Part shown: positions 1 through 13,897 of the stretch, piece after piece
Position numbering within the stretch: the first letter of the stretch is position 1
Layout of the letters: every line of letters starts with the position of its first letter
Source of the DNA: Podarcis vaucheri
Lineage: Eukaryota
DNA length: 64,000 nt
Strand: one strand, 5' to 3'
Assembly (NCBI GenBank): GCA_965113315.1
Contig: OZ220373.1
Made by a program: the position numbers and the translations under genes
The notes under the pieces: generated by a model
Told to the model about the DNA's origin: nothing
What the model saw: only the letters and a program-made list of their open reading frames with translations
Databases searched by the model: none

Positions 1-3000
1 TCTAAGATACCAAAGCCCACAGAGCAGTAGCTGTAAAAAACAATGCACATCACTTACTGATAATGTTTTTATCATTGAGGAAACCTGTTTCTCTTGGAAA
101 CTGTTTCCATGTGCATTCATAGGAAGCAACCTAATAAACTTGACTCTGTCTTAGCCAGGAGCTACCAAAACAGCAGAGGTCAATAGGGGATATAGATAGT
201 TGACCCCTAGGTTTGGGTAGCCAACTTGGGTGTTCTCCAGATGGTGCTGAATTATACCCCCAATCAGACTTGTTAAATACAAGTCTTTATTAATATTACT
301 ACTAGTAGCATTACAATACTAGTCTGGAGAATTGCAATAGCTCTTTAGGGAGCTGGTGGTGATTTGAAAGGCGATTCTCGTGTTCTCTGTTATCAAACAA
401 GTCATGCAGGGGTTTTTTCAAGAAACAATACCAAATCTTGCAAGACCCATTTCATAGAGATGGAAGTGGGGCGAGCCTTGACTCTCGGGCTGCTTTCGAC
501 ACACTGAAAAAACTAACTCTTGTGCCTCTAACCTCAAAAGGGCAGTTCAAAAAATTGCAATTCACTTGTGCTTCCTCTGCTGCTGCCCTTTTAGAATGTC
601 TGAAGCCAATCTAAAAATAGGGAGAGTCATTGCTGTGTCGCAAAACCCTGGCATGAAATTTCTTCTCACCCAAAATGAAAAATAAAAATCTCTTCTGCTT
701 CCACACTTAACCTGTCTCATGAGGGTCGGGGAATAGAGCCTGTTTTTCAACACATACACCGCAGCAATGGAAGACGCATGAGTTATGATGAAGGCTTAGT
801 TTCTTAGGAAACGTATGTACCATGTAATTTAAAATATCATACAATTATGTATCCAAGTATAGAAACACAATGGATGAAATTCACCCTTTACAGTTCAGAG
901 CCCAAATACTGGGATGATGCGACAGGAACTTCTTGGAATTTGTGAGCTGCGAATAGAGTCTAATCCCTCTTCACTTAAAAATAAAAATAAAAAGGGCAAA
1001 TAGGCTGAAATTGCAACCCCAGTGAACAGCTTTCCTCTTACACAACAGAGTGAAGATTTCAGTCTTTCTGGGTGATTCATTTGCAATCAAAGAGCAACTT
1101 CGAATTCAAAAAAGCCTAGAAGTGAGTTGCCTGTGTGTAGTTTATTCTTGCACAAAGCCTCCAATAGCAACTTCTTGTTTTTATTTATTTCATTTCTATC
1201 CCACCTTTCTTCCATAAGCAAACTCAAGGTTGCATGCATTGGGTTCCCAGGAAACTATCTCCCATCCAGGCACTGAGGGCTCACACCTGATTAGCTTCCA
1301 CAAAGGCGCTGCCTTTGTGTCTTTGGGCCTTGGGATTTCCGTTACGTAGTAGGAACTGGAGATTTTGGGTAGTAAATAGTACACAATACAAAGCAGTCTC
1401 AGATCATCACTGCTCCCCTAAAATCAAGACCATACACACAAAATGGCAAGCTGTTTTTGAAAAATAATTACCGGTATTTTGAATTTCATACCTGCCAAGA
1501 CCCAAACAGGCAAATGTAAGTGTCTACAAAATGAACCTATGTCAAAGTGGATGCAATAATTCCATTTCCAAGTCGCTTTAGTGAACAGGCTAGCGTGAAG
1601 CCATTTGAGCTGGCAGGGTGCTAAGAGATTTGGAGAGCCACACACATGGCCGCCTGCCCACATCCTTTCCTTTTTGTAGGATCAGCAGGGTTCCTGTAGT
1701 CTTTCATCATGGTCACGTATCAAAGTGAATTTGAGGGGAATGCTTGGTTTACCATGCATGTAGGGAAAATGTACAACTGTGTTCCTTTGCAACTCCAGTT
1801 TATTTCAGCTGGGCTTGCTTACACTTAAGAAAAAGGTGGATTGTTCCCTATAGCTTTTAAATGTTCAAGCTCTATGCTAGGGCAGAGTGAGGTGGCAAGA
1901 ATTGGGAGGATATAAAAAGCATTTCTGGATACGGCTAGGGAATAATACACACAGGTGGGAAAATGAGCTTATAGAAAAGGGGGCAGGCAGACAACTGGAA
2001 AAGGTGTGGATGACCTAGTCATTACGTTACAATAAAGAGAAAAGAAGCTTGTCCATGAATACCCGTCACTCTAAAAGCCGGGCTTGCAGTGCTTTTCTAT
2101 TTATGGATAATGCATATGCAAACAAGTTATCATAAAATAGCACCAATTTGCCTAAGAAGCATAGAGTAAAGCAGCTGGTTCTCAACTGCACTTCATTTGA
2201 ACAAGCAGTTTTGTATCTGTCTTGAGGCCAGTTAAGTCAATGGAAAACTCTTGTTTCAATGATCTTGTGCTATATGAAAACATATGTAGAACCTCAGAAA
2301 CCCTTCGGCCAATCTTGGGTTGCCTGCCATGAACATCCTTTTAATTGTTCCCATAATAATTTCTTTTTCATTACAATGGGGCTTGTGCAGAGAGTTTCCC
2401 AGTGGAATGTGTCCATTATGCCATGCTATCTGTCTTCTTTGCCAGAATTACCAGTGACTGCTGCCATGTTCAATTTGCATGCATTTCAAAAATCACAGAA
2501 CAGATCAAATACAAATTTGTAAGGGGATCTTTTTGGTATTTCCGAACCATGCAAACACTGGCAATTTGGAAAAAGAGCACCTGAAATGCTTTGCAGTCAT
2601 TGACTCCAATGTAGTGCAGTGCAGAAATGGTCTTGCTTTCTAATTTCAACCTGTCATGACCTTAAAAATACATTATGGTAAAGTGACCTTCATAGCTGCA
2701 TTTCCTTATAAGCTTTCAGAATCTTTTGCAGCCCAAATAAATGTATAATTGCTATCAGATGTTTTGGCTGATGTGCACATGAATCCTTTCTAGACTATCA
2801 AAATAGCATTTCATAACCCCTATTCCCTGGGAAATACATTTCTGGCCTTGTTCTTCTTTCCTTATAAACCCAGAAAAATGGCTAAACAGGTATCATATTT
2901 CCCCCCTACAAATCATTTCTGAGTCCTGATTACCTTGTTAATTTCCTTTCTCATTGTTGAAAGCTGTCAGGCCAAACTGAGTGGTGAACTCAGTCCCTGT

Positions 3001-4050
3001 CTGCTATACTGGTAATGGTGGCGGGGGCAGAGTGCATAGGACTGATGCAGCTTGGAAGGACCTGGTGTTCCTGTGATCAGATGGACACCTCAATTCATGA
3101 CTGCATCCATATGTATTTTGGAACCTGCCCTAAACTGAGTCATACCACCGGTCTATCTATTGTCTACTCTGACTACAGGCAGTTCTCCAGTATATCAGGC
3201 ACAGATACTAGCATAACTACATGATCAAACATGGGACCTTTCACAAGCAAAGGATAGGCCCTCCCTACAATGGTGAAGGCCATTGCAAGTGCAGAAGGTA
3301 AAGTGCATGTGAAACACAACTGAACTACTGCTAACATACACTTAACCTTAGGATCTAGGTACAGTATTTCAGTTCTCCAATTGCACTTTGTACTAAGGCA
3401 TGGACACTGATCTCGTCAAGCGTGTACTGTTTTTTAATTCTCAGAAGCAGATACTCAATCCTTTCCTTCTTCCTGCTTCTGAATAGTTTATCAGGCCATA
3501 AGAGACTCCTCTACACGTTATGAGAGTGTCATGGATTTTCAGCTTGGGCACCTGTTCTAAAGTACAGAATGGAAATTGAGAATCAGCACTTAGAGCTGCC
3601 TGATGTGAACCTGCTACTTTAGATACACAGCCACTTCTCTAAGAGATATATCGTTTTCTGTGATGATGTCTCTTGTGTAAAGGCCTTCTTCTCTAGCCTC
3701 ATGCTGAGAATAAAAATGGACACATCAATACCAGCATTTTAAAAAGTCCTGTTGCATTTTCTTCAAAGAGGTTATGGCAATGTAGGTGATTGCTCCATCT
3801 CTGCTCCTTTACTCCAAACAAAGGCTAAAGGATGGTGTCTGGTCCAAGGTTAGCCAGTGAGCTTGCTGGCTGAGTAATGATTTGAACCTCAATCTCCCTG
3901 CTCCTCACCTTATCCTCTAACCACTCCACCACACTGGATCATTTTAGGTATGTTGCAGGCAGACCACAGAGGTAACATTGACTGAAATCTCATGAACATC
4001 AGAAGATGTGGGTGTTTCCACAAAGCGTGTTCTCCCTAACAGAGAGCACG

Positions 4051-4818
4051 TGTTGCGGTTGGGGAGACAGGCCACCCTACAGTGACTCGGCAAATTGTTA
4101 GCAACCCAAGCACTAAAGGGTTAATTGGGTTGCTGGGGAGTTCTAATTTGGCAATTTGGAGGAGGGGCCAGAGGCTATAAATACAGGGGCCAGATGAGGG
4201 AATGTCCTCTTGGCCGTTTTGAACCGGATCACCCGCCCTCCCTCCCTTTTATCAGGGTGGTTTTGATTGCTTGACCTTGCTATGCCTGTCATGGGGTCGT
4301 TCGCCTTTGAGCGGGGGCCTGGTAGGAATTTTGCCATTTGGCTGATTGGCTGGTGCCATTTGGTTTTCGCCTACTGCGTAGCAAATCGTCACAACTTGTA
4401 AGGTTGGCGGTTAGGCATTGGTTAAATGGTGCTTGGAGGGGTAAGTGCCTACCCCTCCAAATGATGCGAATGGGAATTCCGTTAAAGGAAATCCAGGGGC
4501 TTGCCATTCTTTCGTCCTTGTCCCCGGAGTCGGACTTGGGCCGGGCAAGCCCCACCGGAACATGAGGGTGAGAGGTGTTAGTCTGATTCCCAGCTTCATT
4601 CTCACCCAATACTTGTTTCCCACGCTGGCTTCCGTTGGTGTCCGGAAGGCCAGCCCTGTCCCTGAGGGCAAGGACAGATAGTCATAACCAATGCCTAAGC
4701 AACCACTCACGTATTTTGTATTTGAATAAAGTTGTGGCCAAAATTATGCCAAAAACCTTAAACAAAAATTGAAGTGTGAAGTGTGAGTTATTTGGGGGGT
4801 GGCTTGTGGGACTCAACA
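4051..4818 (+). mobile_element. Solo LTR (about 770 bp), antisense to MEF2C
   Basis: TGTTG...CAACA termini, TATAAATA at 4176-4183, AATAAA at 4725-4730 and raised CpG. CACG occurs on both sides (4047-4050 and 4817-4820, the latter overlapping the terminal CA). Confidence 0.8.
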
Positions 4819-7800
4819 CGCAAATGTGAAAACACAATGTGGAGATATTAAAACACACACTCTTTTTAAAAATAAAAACAAACTGATGCCCAATGCTGCC
4901 CTTTCAAAGGTTTGCTCTAAATGTGGGTTCTGTCAGAAAAGGGGCATGCCTTATTCAGCCCAACTTGCAACTTCTCTCTCAGATGGCTGCAATGTGTGGC
5001 CACCCCAGGAAAAAGGGAACTGTTGTAAAAGCTAACACAATAAAAAGTGGTCCATTGCATATCAAAAGGAGGTGGCCCTTGGAGGCGGCCCTTGGTGAGA
5101 TCACACAGGAGATCATACAGGCTTAGGACTGAGACACTCAGACAATGTAGCATGGTAACTGGTGTGCAAACTAGGAACTGTGGCATTCACATACCCGCTG
5201 TCTTGAGCACACAGATTGTGCAGATTGTCTTCACTGTAAAAAAGCCCTGTTGCGCTCTTGAAATGGCCTAGCCAAAGGCCAGCCCACATATCACTGTGTG
5301 CACTGCAAGCATTCGGCTGTCACACAACAGCTTCAGCTCTAGGTATGAGCAAGCATGCAGAGCAGTTACTATGCTGGAGATAGTTGTGTTGATTTGGGCT
5401 GACCCCAATGCCTTTCATCATGAAATTTTAAAGCTAGTTTGCTCTCCACATTTTCATTTCAACTGCCAGCCATAAACTATGGGACATATGCATTTGGAAA
5501 CACACAAAGCCCCTTCACACACTGCTGAAAAGAAACACATTTACCCCTCTTCTTGTTAATACTTGGGGTATGGGAAATTCAGTCTATTTCTGGTTCATAT
5601 CACTTTCCTTTGTGTTGATCCATAAATCAGTTCTGCTTAATTTCTGCATTAATCTACTTTAAAAAAAATCTGCACAAAATAATCATATTTAAATACGTAT
5701 TTTTTCATTCAATCCCCCCCAAACCACATGCATGTTTTATTGTTTTATCTTTTGTAAATTGCTTTGAGGTTTTTTGGGTTGTTGGTTTTTTTTTACAATC
5801 AAGTGATGTATACATTTTATGAACTAAATAATAATACATACATACTTAAGTGTATTTTTCTCTCAAAACACACATTTCTAAATGTATTCTAGCCTAAGAT
5901 ATGGATTTGTAAACATTATTTGATAATTTTTAAGAGACAAGTGATTGTAAACTCCAGAGATGTATGATATCTTCAGGATAGCTACATTCTGATCCATACA
6001 TTATTAGCCTGGGAGGCGCAGATCAGGTCAGTTCACACTGGAATTTGCAAAGCCTGTTCACATTCTCCAACAAAGAAAAAAACGGGCACCTGCGCACAGA
6101 ACTGCTTTGTTCATGGTGACCACTTTTCTCCATTGCCTGAAGCACAGAACTGCATAACTTCAGCTCCTGTTCATAGCAAACTGAAGGACAGTAGCTCAGT
6201 GGTACAGCATCAGCTTTGAATGCAGAATGTCCCAGGTCCAATAACTGGCCTCTCTAGGAAGGGCTGCAAATGTCTCTTGCCTAAAACTCCATTGTCAGGG
6301 CAGATGGATTGTTGCAGATTCCTATGCTCCAAATGGAGACAGATGAGATGCTAGTCACAAACACCAGCCCTGCAGAGGGTGGAATGGCCATGCACAGTTT
6401 CCTTGATGTCTAGACAAGCTGAACAGATTTGTTCAACAGGAGTGGGAAAGGCCACTGGCAGTGTTGTATGAGGCTGCTCAGTATTTAACACCGATGCAAT
6501 ACTTTATTGGCCCAGAGGAAGGGCAGAAGCAGAGATCGGGAATAATTTGAGTGAACGCAATCTTGACAAGGAAGAATATCACAGCAAAGGGGAGACAAAC
6601 TGACCCTGTCCATCAGCCAAAGATGGAACAGCTGCAGGAAACATGCTTTCCCCCTTCCTGCCAGAAAGAACACTCTGCTCCAAGGGCCAGTTTCAGAAGC
6701 AAGAGGGGGGAAACACTTTGACAAGGGAACAAGAGTCATGAACTGCTATTCAAGCAAGAACACCAGCAAGGGAAGACCAGCCTGGCCCAAACAAGGTAGA
6801 AGTTGATGTTGTTCACTGCTTTATTTTGTCCCAGAAGAAGTGATCACCTCCTCTGCCTTTCCCCTCCACTCTTCTTCCCTTGTCCGTCTTTCTAGTTAGT
6901 TATCTGAAAAATGGGGCTAAAAACATGTACTAACTAAGCAATAAGTAAATAAACAAGCTTTTTACCACATCTACCCTGGAGGTGGTGCTAGATGCTTCGA
7001 TTGAGTCCATTCACAAAAATATGCCACCATGTATAATTCAGATTAGAAAAGTATGTTGCCAGACATGGATTTCTGATTTTTTAAATAAAAAAGTAAATTT
7101 GATACTGCTGTTCTTGCTGCTATTGTTTCTGCTATTCTCGACGTGCTCTTCCCCACTTTTACACAGAAAAGTCAGACTCTGAAATTGCTGAGATGCAATA
7201 CAGGCAAGACCAGGGGTACATTTTCAATTCCGACAAACTGTTGTAAGCATCTCAGGTGCACAGTAATCTGACCCCACAAATACCCCCCACACTGCAATTA
7301 GCCTTTTAAAAAAAGCCTTCTATTGGCCAAATGTGGCTCGTTCAGCAGAGGGAAGGACGGGGGGGGGGGAGACCCTGTGGGCATTAGGTAAAGCCTCTGA
7401 GGGCACATAGCAACCTATGTGGCTTGACATAGCTTGGAAGGGCTGTGATAATAATTCCAGAATTAAAGGGTGGAATTCAATGAAATGAAGCTTCTCCCAC
7501 TATTACCTTACCTCCCACTGTTATCAATGACTAGCAGCAGATTCACAGCAAACAAAATAAACACTTCTTTACATTTCACGGACTGAATGAAATTCCCTTG
7601 CATTAAATGTGGGCACTGCTATTAGGTCAGATAGCTTTAAAAGGTGAGTGAACAAGTCCATGATGGCTCTACAGAACTTCATGCACAGAGGCAGTGTGAG
7701 AGGAAGCCACAGTAGAGAATTATTGCCCTCAGTGCCAGAAATGTCTGGTTGGCCTCCATGGAAAACAGGATGTTAAGCTTACAGTAGATGGACCTTTGGT

Positions 7801-10245
7801 CTGCTCCAATATGACTCCACATTGCAAGAGGAGATGTATCTGCTGAAATTCTACCCACTCACAAAAGGCACAGGACCTCAGTTCTTTCTTAAATCTGGAT
7901 ACCTTATTGGAATCCCATTTGAAAAGAGATTATCTCTTTTAGTTTCCCTACCATAGTTTAACAAAGAAAGAGGAAAGGTCTTCGGTGGCAAGGTTTCCAC
8001 CTGGTGAAAAAAGAAGGGTTGGAGATTTCACAAGACCACTGAGTCAGTAAAAGGCTATAGCTGTTTCATTATTGAGCAATACCTCCGTGTCAGAGCTTGG
8101 CTTGCTAAAATCACAGTGGCAGCTTCAAAGCTCTCCTTCCGACATATGGAATTAGGCAAGTGAGAAGAGCGTGAGTGGAAAGGGAAACACAAGTGCGCAT
8201 GCATTCAATTAAAAATTGAATACACATGTTAAGCATTTTGGAAAAAAAGTGCTCTGAAATGGAACACTGGTCCAATTTGGAGCTGTTCTGGTCTCCTGGG
8301 TAAAACATTAAGTTTCCCAAAAGTTTGCGAAAGCATGACTTTTACTACAAAGGCCAGATCAATTCAGTAAAGTGTTCTTTAACGTACATGAAAGATCTGC
8401 TCCCATAGGAATGAGTTACAAAAAGTCTATTTTTTTTTTCCAAATTGTGGCAGAAATTCTGAAGAGCAAATGTCTCCCATCTGGATGTCAGCTTTTGCAC
8501 ATGTAATGGACTGTGTGTACACAAGTGGTTGGGCACATTCTGCATATAGAGAATACATATTTTTTTCCAGGCACAGATTTTTGTGTCTCCTAGTACTCAA
8601 ATTGTTTGTGCCAAATGACTGCCTGTTCACTTCTGGAAGTGTAATCCAATGTTGCAGATCACTTGGGCTGGCATGGTGAGAACAAGAGGCTTGCAAAACA
8701 GACCAAATGGCACATCTAGAACATGGAACGTTACCTCTCTTTGGGCCCATCCACACTTCTGCTTGTTCCATGCTATGCATCTGGATTTTCCCAGACTTTT
8801 TAGCAATTTCTGCCTGGACACTGTTTACAAGCTCTGAATACCGGCTATGTCTGGAAAATTCCAGACATACGGCAACCCTAAGTAACTTTCTGTCCATACA
8901 GATTCATGCATTGCTTCAGTGTCCAAAAAGGCACAACTGGAACAATCTTATCTCAAGTATGGGGTAAATTAGCATAGCCTACAAGCTTTAAAGGACAGTT
9001 TACAGATTTGGTTTAAGTGAGAGCCATGGTAAGTTGACATACTCCTCTCCCTGTAAGCTTGGTCCCCACCGTTAGGTAACTGCCTAACTTGAAAGAGATA
9101 AGGAGCTCAGGTTTTCATAATGACCCCTGCAGTATGCTATCGTGTGTGAATTTGTCTGAAGTTTCTTCTCTTAAAAACTGTGCCTTTATGAGAATGAAAT
9201 CACCTATGGATTTCCCCCCCTAAATCAGTGTCACAAACACAATGCTACAGAATTTAACATTGGCCCCTGTGATATCTAAAAGACTGCACGTTTATTGTGA
9301 CATAAGCTTTCACAGAGCAGAGTCTAATCCACATTTATGACAAGGTATATTTGTTAAACCTTTTAAGATGTCACAGGGATCTTGGTTGTTTTGCCTAGAA
9401 AACAAGTGCCCTTCTGAAATTTGCGACCAAATATAGTACACGCAAACAATACTTAATTGTACTTATGTAATGCTTACAGTATTCATGTGAAGTTTGCCCC
9501 TTTATGTCTGTGCAAACAAAAAGCTACATGCAGAGTTATTTCTCTTTAAGTATCTGGCAAGGCATATGACTGTTAGAAATTCTGTCTTGGTTAAAACAAA
9601 ATTTAGCGCTTGTTAAAGCGTTAAGAGGAATGCTGATGGGGTCAAAGCAAATCTTCTGATAAAGCTGTAAAAATCACCTCCAACACGCCAACGTGACTGA
9701 ATGCTACCATTAGGCTCTCATGCAGTCTGTTTTCCTGCAACCAGCAATTAGCTACGTAACCCTTCAGTGTGGTAACTGAGTTTAGAGCATAGCTTTAATA
9801 ATAGTGGTAGCAGGATGCATGTTCTCTAATTCAACTTGAAGCCATTCTTTTTTCCTCCCTTTAGACCCACAGAAAGTTGCCTGTGAGTATGTTAAACTGC
9901 CCACAGCGAGGTTCCCAGATGTCTTCTAAATACATTTTGGGGGGTAGGTAGTGTGGTAAACCAGAATTCTGAAAATCTCCTGTATGTAACGTACATTTTT
10001 TAACTTCCTTCTTTAGGCTTTGCCTCTGGTTTGTCAAATAATCTTTTTAAGGAACTTCACACACCTCAGGACCAAAATATATACATTGGTGCGGTATGTC
10101 CTACATGCAATTTGGTTTCAAGTGGGAGCTATTAAAATAGGTCCCCCACTGAATTTGCATTTTTGGAAGAAACCAGAACTGAAAGGGTTAGGATGTGTTA
10201 CTGCAGTGGTTATCAGCAGACAGCCATCTAACCTTTGGTACTTAC

Positions 10246-10383
10246 NNNNNNNNNNNNNNNNNNNNNNNNNNNNNNNNNNNNNNNNNNNNNNNNNNNNNNN
10301 NNNNNNNNNNNNNNNNNNNNNNNNNNNNNNNNNNNNNNNNNNNNNNNNNNNNNNNNNNNNNNNNNNNNNNNNNNNNNNNNNNN
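10246..10383 (-). CDS. MEF2C: Inferred MEF2C alpha2 exon hidden in the N-run (sequence not visible)
   Basis: N-run 10246-10417 is followed on the minus strand immediately by gtaagtac. A 138-nt alpha2 exon would leave a 62-nt intron after alpha1. The 10383 boundary is inferred from the known exon size. Confidence 0.75.
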
Positions 10384-10418
10384 NNNNNNNNNNNNNNNNN
10401 NNNNNNNNNNNNNNNNNA

Positions 10419-10661
<243 letters not shown>

Positions 10662-11689
10662 TCAGGCTTCCTGGTGGTTGAAAGCTGTTACATTTTACAT
10701 CAGGGAGAGAAAGAGGAGAGAAACGCATTAGGTCAACAAACTACAGCTCTTGTTACCAGCGGCAAAGAGAGAAGCCACGGTGACCTCGTCTGAATCTGGA
10801 GTCAGTCAATAAATGCAGAGAGTATACAATCTAATAAAATGTCTACGCTACCATCTGTGATTATGCCTGCAATGGAAACATCAGTGGGTTAAAAATTTCA
10901 GCATTCACATCTTTTTTAGCACACAGAAAGGGTAATGGATTTGATCAAGTAGGGAGCTGCTAGCACTTCTCTGTGAACAGAATGATGATCCCAGAAACAA
11001 CAACAGGCAGTTTTCAAGGTAGTGCAGTTTTAAGCCTGTAATAGCTTTTGTGTCTCTTGCTACTTCTCAGGGCAGGACTGAAATACAGAAGTTAAGTCAG
11101 GATACACTGTCCAGTTAAGTCAGTATTGCCCAGGTTACAATTTCAAGTCACTAGGCTACTCTCACCCTTACAGCCTAATTATAACACAAGAAGAGACCTT
11201 TAAAAGATCTTTAAATACAAACAACACATTATTAATTATGTTTATCAAAGAAGACATTGAATGAGCTTCGAAATGGATAGAACTCCTGGATGCAGATTCT
11301 TTCTTTGTCCCACACACAAGCTCTAAATTCAACAGAAAAATTGATGTATTTACTTATAAGTAATGCTAAAGCATAACTGAACAGCTCAACATGCCTGTGT
11401 CTACATATACACAACGTACACTTTTCTCTTACTAAGATCTTAAATACAGGAGTGCATGGGGGGGGTAGTCCTCTTTTTGTTTCTTTTATTTCCTTATTTC
11501 TGTGTCTCTTTTAGGATTTCTAAAATCTATCTGTTGATAGAATATGATGATAAAGTGATACTTGCAATCAATTAAATTAACCCACATTAAAAAAAAAAAT
11601 TAATCCCATGCTGACAGAAACATAGCATTGATGCGACATGAGCCACTCTATGGGGGATGCTTGAAAGCCACGATGCCACCACTGCCTTT

Positions 11690-11880
11690 CCTTCAAGGAG
11701 CTCAAGCTGGTATGTATGGATCTCCCCTCCCCTCCCTTCTCATTTTATCTTCTCAGAACCCTGAAGGTAAGCTTGGCTAAAAGACAGTGACTGGCCCAAG
11801 ATCACCCGCTGAACTTCACAATGGTGTGGGCATTTGAGCATGGATTTCCCCCTCACTATTACACCACATTGGATCACCAC
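11690..11880 (-). mobile_element. MIR/CORE-like SINE remnant
   Basis: cattttat..gtgactggcccaagatcacc..gcatttgagc pattern. Similar remnants at about 3835-3935, 22395-22500 and 62000-62130. Confidence 0.5.
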
Positions 11881-13434
11881 ATCACTAGCACAATATCTGG
11901 GACCATCAGATACATGCCTCAAGCCAGTTGAAATATCTCTGCTTTAACTTGAATTTAAACAGTAGGCAAAATGGCTAAAGGGGAGGAAAAAACTGCTAGA
12001 GATGTTGTTGTTACTGAAGTCCCTTGCATGGTTGTCTGAAGAAGGAATCAAACAGCACTAAGGTAGTAAAGTTTGTTCCTTGTCTTCCTTGTCTTGTCTT
12101 GTCTTGTTATTTTTTTCTGACAGCCTCAAGCTCTTTTAATTTTTTGAACTTTCTCTTTTTAATTTGACTATAAAATTAAAATGTCTCTCCAGCTTGTTTG
12201 TGATAATTTTCTCTGAATGCCTCTTTTTAAAGAATAAGACTATTATCAGGGGACCCATACCTGGATGTACAGTAAGTCCTATTAAACACAGTGGGAACCT
12301 TGCAAGGAAACACTGTATAGCAGCAAGATTGTGAAGTCCTGGACTGCTCATTGTGAATTTTGTATATTTTAGTTTCTTGTATTACCCAGGAAAATGATTT
12401 TTTAAAAAATCTACTCCTAGAGTCACTTTTGAACTCCATCAGGTGAACAGTAATCTAATGGGTCTCTTCTTTTCAGATTTCAGTAGCCTGGATAATCAAC
12501 ACAACAAAACCACAAGGGCTCAAAGTGTCACTCTTTTAAAAATCCTTCCTCGTGACACAGTGTGTAGGAAGGGAACAAACCCTCAAGTGCTGGGGGGAAG
12601 CCTATTTCCCTTGGTCATTGCTTCTTGCTGCAGATCTGAAATGTCTTTCTCTGTCATTGAAGGCCAGCCAGGTCTTACGCTCCTTGCTCCCATTAGGAAG
12701 ATTTATGTCTCAAGTAACTCAAGGAGGCAGAAATCTGTGCAGTATATTCCCAGTCCACCTCTACTGTGAGTACAGAGGCTGCCACTGTATTTGGTAATGC
12801 AGAAAGTTCAATAAAGGTGTTAGATAGCATTTCTGAGCAGTAGCTCTTAGTCACTCAAAACGCTGTTTAAAAACTGGTGCGTTTTATGATGTAGTTTTAA
12901 AAGATATAAATTTTTAGGATTTCAATTGAACAAACTCATCAGTGACAATTCAATGCAGTCAAAGTGGCCAGATCTACACTCAATATTCAGCAACAGTGCT
13001 TGCTTATTTAAGTAAGCACAGCACAGGCAATGTGACAAGCTGATAATTTAACATCTGCAAAGCTACCCATAGATGCAAACTGGAATTGGGAAAAGATATG
13101 TGCTTTTGCTTTGCTTTCATTTTTTGAACACCATCTATTAGCAAGGTGGACTGTAAACAATTGCTACAGCTGCCACTGCCTCCATATCACATTGTCATTT
13201 CCGGTATGGCTACTAAAGAGTCAGGTTGTACTGATCAAGTGACCGTTTGGCTCCAGTCATTGATTCCTAATGTATGGTTTGAATCCCAGTGAAGTCATTG
13301 TTTGAACAGAATGACCTCTATTTGTGCAATGGAGCTTTCCCTCCCCTCCCTTCCCTTCCCCTCTCCTCTCCTCTTCCATGTGCTACTCACAGTCAACCAA
13401 ATCTGCTCTGGATAGCTGGGGAAATGCCAGAGCA

Positions 13435-13628
13435 TGGGGTTGCCATATTTCCAAAAGTAAAAGCAAGGGAAAAGTTACTGAGCTTTTTTTAAGACAAACG
13501 CCAAAAAAAGATTGACTTGCCTAAGATCCAGGACAAAGCACCCGCCTTTTGGAAATCCCTCCCAGACATCAATTCCACCTTTGAAATCCCAGTAATGTCC
13601 GGGAAAATCCGGACATATGGCAGCCCTA
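13435..13628. mobile_element. hAT-type MITE
   Basis: TIRs tggggttgccatat / atatggcagcccta and perfect 8-bp TSD ccagagca (13427-13434, 13629-13636). A related half copy ends at about 8880. Confidence 0.88.
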
Positions 13629-13736
13629 CCAGAGCATATTTGGGGTATTTGTGCAGGGGCAGGAGAAAGAGTGAAAGTTGTTCTGCTCACACAATGACTT
13701 TGTTGGCTGCAACCATATATCTGAGCTTATTACGCA

Positions 13737-13897
13737 GACTCCTATGGCACAATGGGGCAGTGTGTCTGGCTGTTAACCAAAAGGTTGCTGGTTCGAGCCC
13801 ACCCAGGGACAGCAGTGGGCAGGATTCCTGCATTGCAGAGGGGCTGAACTAGATAACTCTTGGGATCCCTTCCAACTCTCCAATTCTATGATTCTAT
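13737..13897 (+). mobile_element. Short SINE with tRNA-Asn(GTT)-derived head and CR1-type 3' tail (possibly Squam2)
   Basis: ctgttaaccaaaaggttgctggttcgagcccacccagggac resembles vertebrate tRNA-Asn. It is followed by cccttccaactc..attctatgattctat, the CR1 terminal repeat. Confidence 0.8.

Noticed and set aside
611-620. Isolated perfect MEF2 site CTAAAAATAG (also TTATTTTTAG at 51375 and 53800)
   Set aside because: A few such A/T-rich decamers are expected by chance in 64 kb, and there is no supporting cluster.
4143-4710. Overlapping short ORFs in the solo LTR as a retroviral accessory gene
   Set aside because: Short, with no recognisable motif; expected in GC-richer DNA.
1-10200. Next MEF2C exon (AVPPPNFEMPV...)
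   Set aside because: Not found by eye on the minus strand; probably beyond position 1.
13737-13810. Functional tRNA-Asn gene
   Set aside because: The acceptor and D arms are degenerate, there is no T-run terminator, and it is fused to a CR1 tail.
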